Positions 39,224-48,588 of a stretch of DNA of 64,000 nucleotides are shown in pieces (position 1 is the stretch's first letter; each line of letters opens with the position of its first letter). Origin of the DNA: an uncultured virus (IMG/VR IMGVR_UViG_3300042860_004714). Lineage: Duplodnaviria > Heunggongvirae > Uroviricota > Caudoviricetes. The position numbers were made by a program, and so were the translations under genes. The stretch lies in IMG/VR virus record IMGVR_UViG_3300042860_004714. The stretch is one strand, 5' to 3'. Below the pieces are notes generated by a model. It did no database searches, was not told the origin of the DNA, and worked only from the letters and a program-made list of their open reading frames with translations.

Positions 39224-40090
39224 ATGAGCAAGCACGTAGAGCACAAAATTCAGGTAGTCGAGTCGACTTACTACGCTCGCGGGGTGACGTTGTCGTTCAC
39301 GACTGAGCTGTGGCGAAACGAGAGCAAATTCGATTCCGAGCATCTGCTCGAATTGTTCTCAAAAATAATCAGCATCGTCGTGAGAGAGCGCACCGAAGAA
39401 ATGAACGACATCCAGCCCAGGCTGGGATGGCGCGCAAAGAGGTTGCGCTTCTGCTTGGATTTTGGGTGCAGCACAGGGCAAATCTACAAGTTCAACTCGC
39501 TGGCGAAAGACATTCACACAATACACTCAGAGGAAGAAAGCAAAGCCGAAGAGGAGAGGTTGATTTTCATCCCAGGGAACCTGCCCGACGTGATGAAGAA
39601 CATGTCCGCAGGAGAGCTCATAGCGCACTCCATTGAATCGGTCGATGCGGTAGAAATCAGCGTCGACACTTTGCTCGATAAGTCGTTATACGCAGTCATC
39701 TACAATGCGACCGAGCTCAGCAAGTACCGGTCAAGTTCGATTTTGTCGAGCAAAGAAAGCATAGTCGAGGAAGTGAAAGCGGTCAGGTCCAAGATCAAAG
39801 TCTACCAAGAGAGGCAGCGCCTCAACGCTTTCCGCGCTCCTGAGAAGATTAAGGTAGAGATAAGAAACAAGCTGAGATCGCTGACGAACAAGGCCGGGGG
39901 CACTTTCTACTACGCAGAGCACAACGCAAACGACATCAAAGTGAGACTGAAGCTGGTCGAAGAAATGCTCGAGAAGAGCGGCGTCAGCGAGGAGATGAAG
40001 AGCAATGTGCAGGCTGCTTTGAAGCGCATAGAAGCAGTTCGCGCAGAGCTGAAGGCAGTCAAAGAACTTGTCGAGAAGGAGCTGCTGTGA
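39224..40090 (+). CDS. Unknown paralog family, member 1
   Basis: LWRNESKFDSEHL, SAGELI; C-terminal coiled coil. Confidence 0.8.
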   Translation: MSKHVEHKIQVVESTYYARGVTLSFTTELWRNESKFDSEHLLELFSKIISIVVRERTEEMNDIQPRLGWRAKRLRFCLDFGCSTGQIYKFNSLAKDIHTIHSEEESKAEEERLIFIPGNLPDVMKNMSAGELIAHSIESVDAVEISVDTLLDKSLYAVIYNATELSKYRSSSILSSKESIVEEVKAVRSKIKVYQERQRLNAFRAPEKIKVEIRNKLRSLTNKAGGTFYYAEHNANDIKVRLKLVEEMLEKSGVSEEMKSNVQAALKRIEAVRAELKAVKELVEKELL

Positions 40091-40995
40091 CTGAAAGGGC
40101 TGACACAACCATAGTTTCGAGAAGCTTCACGATAGGCAGGCCACAAAATACAAGAACAATTTGTTTCGAGGTGTGGCGAAACAGGAGCCTTTTCGACAGC
40201 GAGGACCTGCTGAGCATCCTTTGCGGGTACTACAGCAAGTTGCTGAACTGCACGTTCGACGCTGATTTCGACCCAGAAGGCGAAGCTGCTTTCCTGGCAG
40301 GCATGCCAGAAAAAGTAGTTGTAGGCGTAGTAGCGGACTGTGTGGCCAACAACCATGCAGGCATAATTGTAATCCGGTTTGGCGAACTCACTGAGGCCGT
40401 TGTAGCGGAGAGACAGCTGGTAGAAAAGTCGACAAAAATGTTCTTCTTGAGAGTTTCGCTGCCCGACCCTCGAACTTCCCTTTCCGCGAGCGAGCTGTTC
40501 GCTGCTTCCACAGAAGAGAACGAAAGTCTGGTACTCAGCTTGAAGCAGCTCGGGATAAAAAGTCTACTCGATGCGTCTTCTGTCAGCGTGACGACGAGCA
40601 TGCTGAACAAGACGTTCTTCTACCGATCAGAACTGAAAGAGAAGTTTACTCTGGTTGCGGAAGCTCTTCAGAAAGAAATACCTACCGTTGTCGTCCACGC
40701 CAAAAAGAGGAACGTAGATGCGTTCTGCAGTGCGAGCACGAAGAGCTCGATCGCAGAGAACAGGTGCAGGCAGCTGTGGGAGTCTTCAGGGCCTCTCATG
40801 AAAGCATCGCAAGCGATCAAGAATGCTGAATTTATGTGTCTCGAAACGCAGCGACTCGCAGAAAGAGCGATGGACGCAGGGTCGAGCTCAGACGCGGTCC
40901 ACAAAGTGAAGCGAATATCGAGTGAGTTAGCAGAAATCCAAAAAAGAATAGACGAAATCATCAGCGAGGCAGAGAAAATCGAATGGCAATCGTGA
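40087..40995 (+). CDS. Unknown paralog family, member 2
   Basis: VWRNRSLFDSEDL, SASELF. Confidence 0.8.
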   Translation: MTERADTTIVSRSFTIGRPQNTRTICFEVWRNRSLFDSEDLLSILCGYYSKLLNCTFDADFDPEGEAAFLAGMPEKVVVGVVADCVANNHAGIIVIRFGELTEAVVAERQLVEKSTKMFFLRVSLPDPRTSLSASELFAASTEENESLVLSLKQLGIKSLLDASSVSVTTSMLNKTFFYRSELKEKFTLVAEALQKEIPTVVVHAKKRNVDAFCSASTKSSIAENRCRQLWESSGPLMKASQAIKNAEFMCLETQRLAERAMDAGSSSDAVHKVKRISSELAEIQKRIDEIISEAEKIEWQS

Positions 40996-41951
40996 CAGCG
41001 AAGCAGCCTCTAGTGAGCGAGATTCGCTCGCTCCGAGAAGCAGGAGGCACAGGAAAAAAGATCAAGGTCAGCGTGTGGCGCAACACCACGATCTTTGACG
41101 CAGGCGATGTTGCTCGCCTTTGCGCGGCTGTGTCGATCTGTACACAAGAAAGCAATTACTTCATCCAAGAAGAGCCGCAAGAGTACAAGTTCGTCTTGCT
41201 CAACAAGAAGCAGGAGAGATTCTTTGCGGTGAGTGCCTTGCAAAACGTATCGCTAGCAAAAGTAGCTGCTTGCCCTGACATGACCTTAGAGTGGTGGTCC
41301 TCGCCTCCGGGAACCACAGGCAGTAAAGTGATCTACGCGTCGAATCAGCTGGCTCAGTCGTCTGCAGCAGAGATCGTTAGCCGAGAACTCGACTGCTCAG
41401 ACCCGAAAAGGCCCTTGTTCAAGCTCACGCGAGAAGAGGTGGCTTGCGTTGTGGGAACGATGTATTACGACATTATTTCTGCCTTCGATTATCGGGAAAT
41501 CAAAGACTGGCCCATCAGCAGCATAGCGAAAAAGGCATCTCCAATCCGGGAACTGTTCGGGAGAATGCGGCAAAGCGAAAAAGAGATCAACCCGAACCAC
41601 CCCGTCATCGCGGGCGTGATCGATCAGATCGAGGAAATGCTGCATCCGCACCCGCTACAGCTGAGATTCGCGAAGAAGCCATTCTCTTTCAGCGTGTCCC
41701 CCGAGAGAGAAAAGCTCCAATTGCTGGAAACGAAGCTGGACAACAGGCGCTGTCGAATCATGACAGCACAAAGAAAGTTGGTTCGACTGATGAGCAGCAA
41801 AAAAGCATTCATTAGCGAACCCTGGGCGTCAGAGGGGTACGATGAAGTGTTGAAGAAGATCGAGCAGTCGTATGAACTGCTACGTGCAGCAGAGCATGAA
41901 ATCAGGCTAATGACCGAAAAAGCATTCACCAAGAGGCTTGAAATCAAATGA
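40983..41951 (+). CDS. Unknown paralog family, member 3
   Basis: VWRNTTIFDAGDV, SAAEIV, LRFAKKPFSFSVSPERE. Confidence 0.8.
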   Translation: MAIVTAKQPLVSEIRSLREAGGTGKKIKVSVWRNTTIFDAGDVARLCAAVSICTQESNYFIQEEPQEYKFVLLNKKQERFFAVSALQNVSLAKVAACPDMTLEWWSSPPGTTGSKVIYASNQLAQSSAAEIVSRELDCSDPKRPLFKLTREEVACVVGTMYYDIISAFDYREIKDWPISSIAKKASPIRELFGRMRQSEKEINPNHPVIAGVIDQIEEMLHPHPLQLRFAKKPFSFSVSPEREKLQLLETKLDNRRCRIMTAQRKLVRLMSSKKAFISEPWASEGYDEVLKKIEQSYELLRAAEHEIRLMTEKAFTKRLEIK

Positions 41952-42913
41952 GCTACACTCCGAAAGACCCTGTCGTTGCTCCCATCCGTGTGGAGTTCAC
42001 TCCCGGCCCGTCCTTCAGCGCGAAACCCAGAAAACAAGTGGGCTTCTTGTGGAAGAACACGTCGATTTTCCACAGCGAAGATCTGTTGCGTTTGTTGCTC
42101 ATCGTAGGCGCGATCACAGATGAAGACTCTCACTACGAGAATCCGAAAGAAGAAAAACACTTCGTCTTTAGTACCGACACCAGCGCAAACTGGGTCAACA
42201 TCGAGCGGCCTTGGCGCAGGAGTGAGCACATGTACGACGTGTCTCCTGTGATGAAAGAATTGTTGACGGAACAACGCTCAAGCAGCTACTACTGCAAGAT
42301 CGTGATTGCCACCAATCACCCGGCCAAAGAGACCAGCGCGGAGCTCTTCTCCCGAACCATCGACAACAGCGACGGCAAGTCTTACTTCCTCCTTCGCGAC
42401 GAAGAAGTGATCGAATTGGCCGTTTCTGTCGTTAACTCCATGTACAACAGGGCGTCTGCCGAACTGCAAGCTATTTTCCGGGAGACGTTCTTCGGAGGCG
42501 TAGACATCAACAGCTTCCACAGCAGAAAATACACTGTGCAGTCTGCGCGAGAGACGTGCGCAAAAAGAGTCGAAGAATTCATTCGCATGGCCTGCGATGA
42601 CAAGATCCCGAAGATCAGGTTCAGCAACAAGCAGCTCTTCTTCAGCACTTCCCCCGACAGAGAGCGGCTCGGTGAGATGCAAAGAGCCTTCAAGACGAAG
42701 GCGTACGATGTGAGAGCTGTGCGAAAAAAGTTGCTCAGCATCAAGAAGGTGTCAGAAAAGCAGCTCAAGATTGAGTTTGCAAAGGAAGCGAACGAAGCGG
42801 CAAGACAGCACTTGATCAAGGCGGCGGAAGAGTTGATGAAAGCGGAACAAGCGATGCAGCATGCGATTGACGAAGCTGCGAAGAACTACGACAGGATCTC
42901 GGAGGTCAAGTGA
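41948..42913 (+). CDS. Unknown paralog family, member 4
   Basis: LWKNTSIFHSEDL, TSAELF, IRFSNKQLFFSTSPDRE. Confidence 0.8.
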   Translation: MSYTPKDPVVAPIRVEFTPGPSFSAKPRKQVGFLWKNTSIFHSEDLLRLLLIVGAITDEDSHYENPKEEKHFVFSTDTSANWVNIERPWRRSEHMYDVSPVMKELLTEQRSSSYYCKIVIATNHPAKETSAELFSRTIDNSDGKSYFLLRDEEVIELAVSVVNSMYNRASAELQAIFRETFFGGVDINSFHSRKYTVQSARETCAKRVEEFIRMACDDKIPKIRFSNKQLFFSTSPDRERLGEMQRAFKTKAYDVRAVRKKLLSIKKVSEKQLKIEFAKEANEAARQHLIKAAEELMKAEQAMQHAIDEAAKNYDRISEVK

Positions 42914-43851
42914 AGAAAACTAACCCACAATCAGCAGAGCACAAAGGCCACACAGCTTTCGTCTGGAAGAACAACTCCAACCTGTACGGGCCCGACTTGG
43001 CGCGGTTCGTGTTAGGCGTCATGTCTGTGTCGAATGAGCGCAAGTGCAGAGAGAGCGAAGAGGACAAGGAAGTTCACTTGATCTTGTTGTCCTCGAAGAG
43101 GCTAAACAAGGTTCAAACCGTTGGCAGTTACAGCCCTCTGCTGACGAAAAAGATGGTCGCAAGCTGCCCCAACATGCTGTACATGCTTGAGGGGGCGGGT
43201 CAGTTGCACTTCAATCACAGGATCTTCCACGTTCCCGACAGGTACTCAGAAGAATCGCACTCACAGAAAATCACGAGAAGGATGAGCAAAGAAGGCAAGT
43301 TAGACCTCTTCAGCCTCAACGGAGAGGAAATCGTCGACATAGCCATAGCGGTATTGAAGTACAGTTGGAACAGCTTGCCGTATGAAGGCACAAAAGAATT
43401 TTGCGATACTCTTGGCGTAGCGGCAGACGTGATGGCTCGCCTTCTGAACATCTCATGCCTCGAAACGTACTTTTACGACAGAGAGGTAGTTGAGTTCAGG
43501 CAGAATCTGGGAGACAAACTCCTCGCAGAGTTCAATGTCACGCGCATCGAAGACATCAACCTCCGCTTCAGGTACCGCAAGTTCAGCTTCCACACTTGCA
43601 GAGACAGGGAAAGAATCAAGGAAGAGAACCAAGTACTGCTCAAAGACTGGCAAAATTTGAAGCAGAGTGCGAAGTACATCAAAATCTGCATCGAAAGGAA
43701 GCTCAGCGCTTTTGCAGGAGCGGCTGCGATCGAGGAATTTGAAGCGTCAAAGCCATTGCTACAAGAAGCTTTGCTCAATCTCCACAAGGCTATGCAGGCC
43801 TACGAACTCACCAACAACAAACTCCGGGATGCCTACGATGCGACTCTCTGA
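42910..43851 (+). CDS. Unknown paralog family, member 5
   Basis: VWKNNSNLYGPDL, LRFRYRKFSFHTCRDRE. Confidence 0.8.
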   Translation: MKKTNPQSAEHKGHTAFVWKNNSNLYGPDLARFVLGVMSVSNERKCRESEEDKEVHLILLSSKRLNKVQTVGSYSPLLTKKMVASCPNMLYMLEGAGQLHFNHRIFHVPDRYSEESHSQKITRRMSKEGKLDLFSLNGEEIVDIAIAVLKYSWNSLPYEGTKEFCDTLGVAADVMARLLNISCLETYFYDREVVEFRQNLGDKLLAEFNVTRIEDINLRFRYRKFSFHTCRDRERIKEENQVLLKDWQNLKQSAKYIKICIERKLSAFAGAAAIEEFEASKPLLQEALLNLHKAMQAYELTNNKLRDAYDATL

Positions 43852-44953
43852 TCTGGCTGATGTCATCTTCTCCACTTGGAAGCACAACCCCACTCAGTCC
43901 ATCTTCGTCATGGGGCCGCCCGGCATCGGCAAGACCTCTGTCGCGGCCGCCGTTGTGGATCGCATCCGAAAGTACAACACAGACAACAACGTCCAGGGCC
44001 CCGTCGTCTGCCACATCAAGGACCTGTCGTCTTCGTTGCCCGAAGACCTCAACGGTCTGCCGAAAACGGACGGCGAGGTGATGCGCTTCGTTCCCGACAC
44101 CTGGCTCGCCGAGTGCTGCAACCCTGAAGCCTCCGGCATCCTCATCCTCGACGACCTGCCGGCAGCGACTGCTTCCATTCAGGTGGCAGCGCGTCAGCTC
44201 GTTCTCGACAAGCGCATCCACGAGCACAGGCTGTCCAGCAAAGTCATCGTTGTCGTAACTGGCAATCGTCGTGAGGACGCTTCTGCGGCCAAGACACTCC
44301 CCGCTCACTTCCGCAACTCCGTGTTGACGCTCGAAGCTGAGGCGAACTTGGCGGACTGGACTTCGTGGATGCGCTCCAAGGACGCAGACCGCTCCGTGAC
44401 GGACTTCCTGGCCTTCCGGCCGCAGCACTTCTCTCGGCTGCCCGTCAATGCCGACCAGCGCGGGGTGTTCGCAACGCCTCGTACCTGGAAGATGCTGTCC
44501 GACCTGATGCCGGTCGCTCTCGAGACCAAGAAGCTGTTCGAGATCAGCGCCGGTCTCGTTGGCGAGGGTGTGAGCGCGGAGTTCGTGGCCTTCAAGGACA
44601 TGAGTGATGCGCTGCCTGACCCCAAAGCCGTGCTCGAAGACCCCTACAAGCACTACCCCAGCAACCACGACATCTGGTCCAACCGCCCCGACTTGATGGT
44701 TGCCGTGCTGTCGGGCATCTCGTACTACGCAGGCAAGGCCAAGAAGACAAAAGACTTTGTTCCTGTCGACGCTTACGTGAAGGCTGTTGCCTACTTGTGT
44801 TCCCGGTCCACCGAGTACTTCGAGTTCGCTTTCCAGGCTTTCCGCGACAGTGGCGGTCGCGAAATGGCTTTCTTGACGGCCGCGCAGCAGCTGTCGACGA
44901 CTGACTCGCGTGTGGCCCAGCTCAAGGCCAAGCTCCGTGAGGTGTTCGCGTGA
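43838..44953 (+). CDS. MoxR-like AAA+ ATPase
   Basis: GPPGIGKT, DL.GLP, ILILDD, VTGNR, ATPRTW. Confidence 0.9.
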   Translation: MRLSDLADVIFSTWKHNPTQSIFVMGPPGIGKTSVAAAVVDRIRKYNTDNNVQGPVVCHIKDLSSSLPEDLNGLPKTDGEVMRFVPDTWLAECCNPEASGILILDDLPAATASIQVAARQLVLDKRIHEHRLSSKVIVVVTGNRREDASAAKTLPAHFRNSVLTLEAEANLADWTSWMRSKDADRSVTDFLAFRPQHFSRLPVNADQRGVFATPRTWKMLSDLMPVALETKKLFEISAGLVGEGVSAEFVAFKDMSDALPDPKAVLEDPYKHYPSNHDIWSNRPDLMVAVLSGISYYAGKAKKTKDFVPVDAYVKAVAYLCSRSTEYFEFAFQAFRDSGGREMAFLTAAQQLSTTDSRVAQLKAKLREVFA

Positions 44954-46122
44954 CTAGCAGAGAAGAGACTTTCGCTCGTTTCTCGAAGGCGAGAACTTGG
45001 TTGATCGGCCGGATGCCTTTCTTCGGGCACCTGGCTCTCAACCTCAAGCTCGATCCTGTGGCCGGGGAAGATCAAGGAGTAGAAACGGCTTGCATCTACC
45101 CGACGGGTGAACTCATCCTCAACGACAAGTTCGTCGCGTCGTTGACCGATGCTCACTTCAGGTTCGTTCTGGCCCACGAAGTGCTGCATCCAGCATTGTT
45201 GTGCCATGTGCGCCGCAAGGGCAGAGATCATCTCGTCTTCAACATGGCGCACGACTACGCCATCAACTTGATCATCACAGAGGCAGTCGAAACGGCAAAA
45301 GAGCACAACAACTGCTGTATGCCGCTCAAAGGGCTCATCGATAACGCTTACAAAGGCCTTTCCGCAGAAGAAATCTACGACAAGCTGTTGGAGAAAGCAA
45401 GCATCGCTTATTACGCAAAAGGAGGCTTCGATCAAGACGTCGCAGAGAAAGAAGCCAAGACTGAGGACAAGGAGCAAGACAGCATCTGGAAAATGCGTCT
45501 CGCGGCTGCGAGCGTAGCGGCTTCTCGCTCGAAGAGAGGCAACATTCCTGCCGGGTTGCAGAAGATCATACAAGAGATTTTGCAGCCCCAGGTGTACTGG
45601 CTTGATGTTCTCGCGGAGTACGTGTCGGGTTGTTTGGGCGGAGACATTTTCACTTACAGCAGGCTGAACCGCCGGTCAGAGGGCGCAGGATGCATCCTGG
45701 CCGGAAAGATCAGCGATGAGATGCCCGAAGTGACAGTGTTGTGGGACACGAGCGGTTCGCAGCAGGGGTGGGAAGACACCGTTTTCGCGGAGCTGAAAAA
45801 GCTGCAAGATGACATGGCGGTGCCCTTCCGGCTCATGATCATCGATACCGTGTTGTACGCAGACATGATGGTAGACGACGTCGACGATACTCTTTCACAG
45901 CTCAAAGGTGGCGGCGGCTCCGACTTCAAACCCGCTTTCGAGAAGCTCGAGCAAGAGAACAACCAGTCAGTCGTCATCGCATTCACAGACGGCGCGATCG
46001 GTGTGCCAGAGACACCGCCACCGTTGCTCAAAGATGTCATCTGGGTGCTGACGGGACACTATTCGAGCCCCCCGGCACAGTACGGCCGCTCGATCTACAT
46101 CGAGAAAGGAAAGTCGAAATGA
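44950..46122 (+). CDS. DUF2201-type metallopeptidase-like plus VWA domain protein
   Basis: AHEVLH (HExxH), N.A.DY.IN, DTSGS, GGGG.DF.PAF, FTDG. Confidence 0.9.
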   Translation: MTSREETFARFSKARTWLIGRMPFFGHLALNLKLDPVAGEDQGVETACIYPTGELILNDKFVASLTDAHFRFVLAHEVLHPALLCHVRRKGRDHLVFNMAHDYAINLIITEAVETAKEHNNCCMPLKGLIDNAYKGLSAEEIYDKLLEKASIAYYAKGGFDQDVAEKEAKTEDKEQDSIWKMRLAAASVAASRSKRGNIPAGLQKIIQEILQPQVYWLDVLAEYVSGCLGGDIFTYSRLNRRSEGAGCILAGKISDEMPEVTVLWDTSGSQQGWEDTVFAELKKLQDDMAVPFRLMIIDTVLYADMMVDDVDDTLSQLKGGGGSDFKPAFEKLEQENNQSVVIAFTDGAIGVPETPPPLLKDVIWVLTGHYSSPPAQYGRSIYIEKGKSK

Positions 46123-46907
46123 AAGAAGGCGATGCCATCACGCACTTCGACAACTCTTTGCTAAACCCAGAACTGGAGGGAAATCCGAAATACTGCTTCC
46201 GGATTCGAGTGATCGGCAACAACACAGAGCTGAGCACACAGCACGTAGAGAACACGGTCAACAACGCGCTGCGGCTTGCCTGCGAAGAAGACAAGCTGCC
46301 CGCTTCTGTGTCAGAGAAGCTTGAGCCGGTTTACACGCTGTTGGTGCTGAACCGGTTGAGACGAACAAGCAAGCGGGACTGGCAGTTGTCGCGGTTTGTT
46401 GAAAGCTGTCGCCTGTTCGCCAAGGTGAGCTCCATTTACGCCCTGAAACAGGTAAAGCCAAAAATGAGAGTGTCACCTGCTCTGTTTGTGTTGGACGTGT
46501 TTGACGCATCAAAGGTCTTCAGCGCGTCAGAGCTGATCGCTTTTTCTTCTCCCACAGGACTTGTTGTCCCCGGTAGTGAGATTGCAGGGCTTGCGTCATA
46601 CGTGCTGCAGAGGCTCGAAAACCCCGACGATGTCAGATTTAAGCGGCGAGATGAGATACTGGTCCGAGTGTGCGCGGAAGCTCTGATTGCGACAAGGAAG
46701 CCGAAGCAAGAAGGTGTAACCGCCAAAGAAGCAGTAGCACTCGGCAAGAAAATCGCAGCGCACCGCACTCGGCGGCTGAAGATGGAAAGGCTGCAGAAGA
46801 ACTTGAGAGAAGCACAAAGAACCCTAGCAAAGCTGTCCCGAGATAGCCGCAACGATCTCAAGCAAGACATGAAAGACTTCTACACAAAGGGGACTCGCAA
46901 GAGATGA
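46119..46907 (+). CDS. Hypothetical, possible distant sixth member of the paralog family
   Basis: VIGNNTELSTQHV, FSASELIA, C-terminal coiled coil. Confidence 0.6.
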   Translation: MKEGDAITHFDNSLLNPELEGNPKYCFRIRVIGNNTELSTQHVENTVNNALRLACEEDKLPASVSEKLEPVYTLLVLNRLRRTSKRDWQLSRFVESCRLFAKVSSIYALKQVKPKMRVSPALFVLDVFDASKVFSASELIAFSSPTGLVVPGSEIAGLASYVLQRLENPDDVRFKRRDEILVRVCAEALIATRKPKQEGVTAKEAVALGKKIAAHRTRRLKMERLQKNLREAQRTLAKLSRDSRNDLKQDMKDFYTKGTRKR

Positions 46908-47488
46908 ACGACCGCACGTACCGCTTCCCTCTGAAAAAAGGCGCGAAGCTCAAGGAAGACAACGGCTACGCTCTGTTGGCGGGATTGACCTCCATCGCTC
47001 CGTTCCTTCACGGCAGGGAGAGTGTCCAGATCGCACCTATCGCGGGATCTCGCGTCAGCAGCGGTGTTCTCGTGACTGACGCACGAAGCAAACTGCAGGT
47101 GAGAGGCATCACCCGGGAAGAAGCTGAACTGCTCCAGAAAAAGACTTTTCACGTTTCGGGAGAGGAGGTTGAGACTGGCCTGTTCCAGGAGGTGAAGTTT
47201 GCGTTCTTCCCCTGCTTGGCTTCTCGCCTTGTGATCTTCCGAGATGTGTTCAGCAAAGAGCAGTTCATCGAGAAGGTCAAAGAAGTTGCAAGGTCAGGCG
47301 ATGTGGAGCTGGGGCGCCGGAGAGTGTTGACTCTCAAGAACAACAGCATGATCGGCTTCAGCGTGGTTTTGAAAGGACTGAAAGAAGAAGATTCGATCCG
47401 ACTTCAGGCGGAAGGGATGGGCAAGTTCACGTCGATGGGTTGCGGGGTGTTTCACCACTTCCGACCGAACAGCACTCAACTGCGATAA
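46904..47488 (+). CDS. cas6: Stand-alone Cas6 endoribonuclease, type I-MYXAN (Cmx6)-like
   Basis: FPL..G..L..DNGYAL...L....P.LH, L.SRLV, GRRR, GL..EDS..LQ..GMGKFTSMGCGVF (G-rich loop GhGxxxxxGxG). Confidence 0.85.
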   Translation: MNDRTYRFPLKKGAKLKEDNGYALLAGLTSIAPFLHGRESVQIAPIAGSRVSSGVLVTDARSKLQVRGITREEAELLQKKTFHVSGEEVETGLFQEVKFAFFPCLASRLVIFRDVFSKEQFIEKVKEVARSGDVELGRRRVLTLKNNSMIGFSVVLKGLKEEDSIRLQAEGMGKFTSMGCGVFHHFRPNSTQLR

Positions 47489-47568
47489 GCGGCAGAGGTA
47501 GACGATGAAAATGAACTTTGATTGTGTGCCGGAAGAGATGCTGTAGCCCCTGCCTGGAGGAACTGGAA

Positions 47569-48180
47569 ATGAAGTCAGTCGCTCATCCGAAAATCCGCAC
47601 CATGTGTGAGATGGCTTGCCGGATTCGAGACATGTACGGGTACAAGTGGGTCTTGCACAAACCCAAGCACATCGAATGGCTGTTGTCCGACTCTCCCATC
47701 GGCCCATTTTCGCTCAAGTTGACGGGAAGAAAGAGGAGCAACTTTGTAGTGCTGTTATCGGCCGGTCCTTTCGACGGATGGACCGGAGGCAGCGAAACCT
47801 GCCCCGAAGAGCAAAAGTACTACGCAGCTCTGATCCACGAGATGAGCCACCTGACGCTCATGGATGGTTCTCCTGAAGACATGGGCACCGAAGAAGAAGG
47901 TGTCGTGCTCGAGACCGCGTGGCTTGATGCTTTGAGACCGACAAGGGAGATCAGAGCCGGGTACCGGGAGTACTCTATCGACAAAACAGAGATAGTCATA
48001 GACTACGAGAAGTGGGCCACCATGAACTACTCCGATATTCGAGGCCCGAAGAAGATGAAGTGGTGGGAGGAAGCACAGAAAATTTTGATCGAGAAAGGCG
48101 TCTTGACCAAAGGTGGCGCCCCGACCTGGAAGCGTACGAGGATGGGAGATGCCAAACACTCTGCCCGAAAATTGGTTTGA
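47569..48180 (+). CDS. Hypothetical with HExxH zinc-peptidase-like motif
   Basis: ALIHEMSHL followed by EE. Confidence 0.6.
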   Translation: MKSVAHPKIRTMCEMACRIRDMYGYKWVLHKPKHIEWLLSDSPIGPFSLKLTGRKRSNFVVLLSAGPFDGWTGGSETCPEEQKYYAALIHEMSHLTLMDGSPEDMGTEEEGVVLETAWLDALRPTREIRAGYREYSIDKTEIVIDYEKWATMNYSDIRGPKKMKWWEEAQKILIEKGVLTKGGAPTWKRTRMGDAKHSARKLV

Positions 48181-48415
48181 GGTAACACCAGCCTGCTACG
48201 AGTACAGGTGCTTTCCGTTCGATACGGACAAATACGGCAAACCGAAGCCGGGAACAGCATACCTCACTGTCGTTACGGTACAGAAGCGAGAAAACTCTAT
48301 CGAGGTCAGCATAGACTCTTTTTCCGGAGGCTACGCTGACGGAGCAGCCGCACTGTCGACAGAGATACCGTTAGAGATTATAAATCGCTTGATAGCAAGC
48401 AGACCGAAGGAGTGA
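48149..48415 (+). CDS. Hypothetical protein
   Basis: ORF whose 3' end is duplicated at 50556. Confidence 0.6.
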   Translation: MPNTLPENWFEVTPACYEYRCFPFDTDKYGKPKPGTAYLTVVTVQKRENSIEVSIDSFSGGYADGAAALSTEIPLEIINRLIASRPKE

Positions 48416-48455
48416 CCGCATGACCCGCTCCCTGATCCCTTTCCTGGCTGTCGTT
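48357..48455 (+). repeat. 99-bp direct repeat, copy 1
   Basis: Matches 50556-50654 with 2 mismatches. Confidence 0.95.
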
Positions 48456-48588
48456 TATGGACTACTTCTGAAGTCTGCGCCGGTTGCGGCGCATGGTGGT
48501 GGCTTCGATGCGTCCAGGTTCAAAACCTGCGGGCAAAATCAAAATTGGCCGAAGTGGATGTTCAATCTTGATTGTCTGGAGTCAAAAA

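Noticed and set aside
46904..48420. CRISPR array or further cas genes near cas6
   Set aside because: No repeat-spacer periodicity or other Cas motifs seen anywhere in the window
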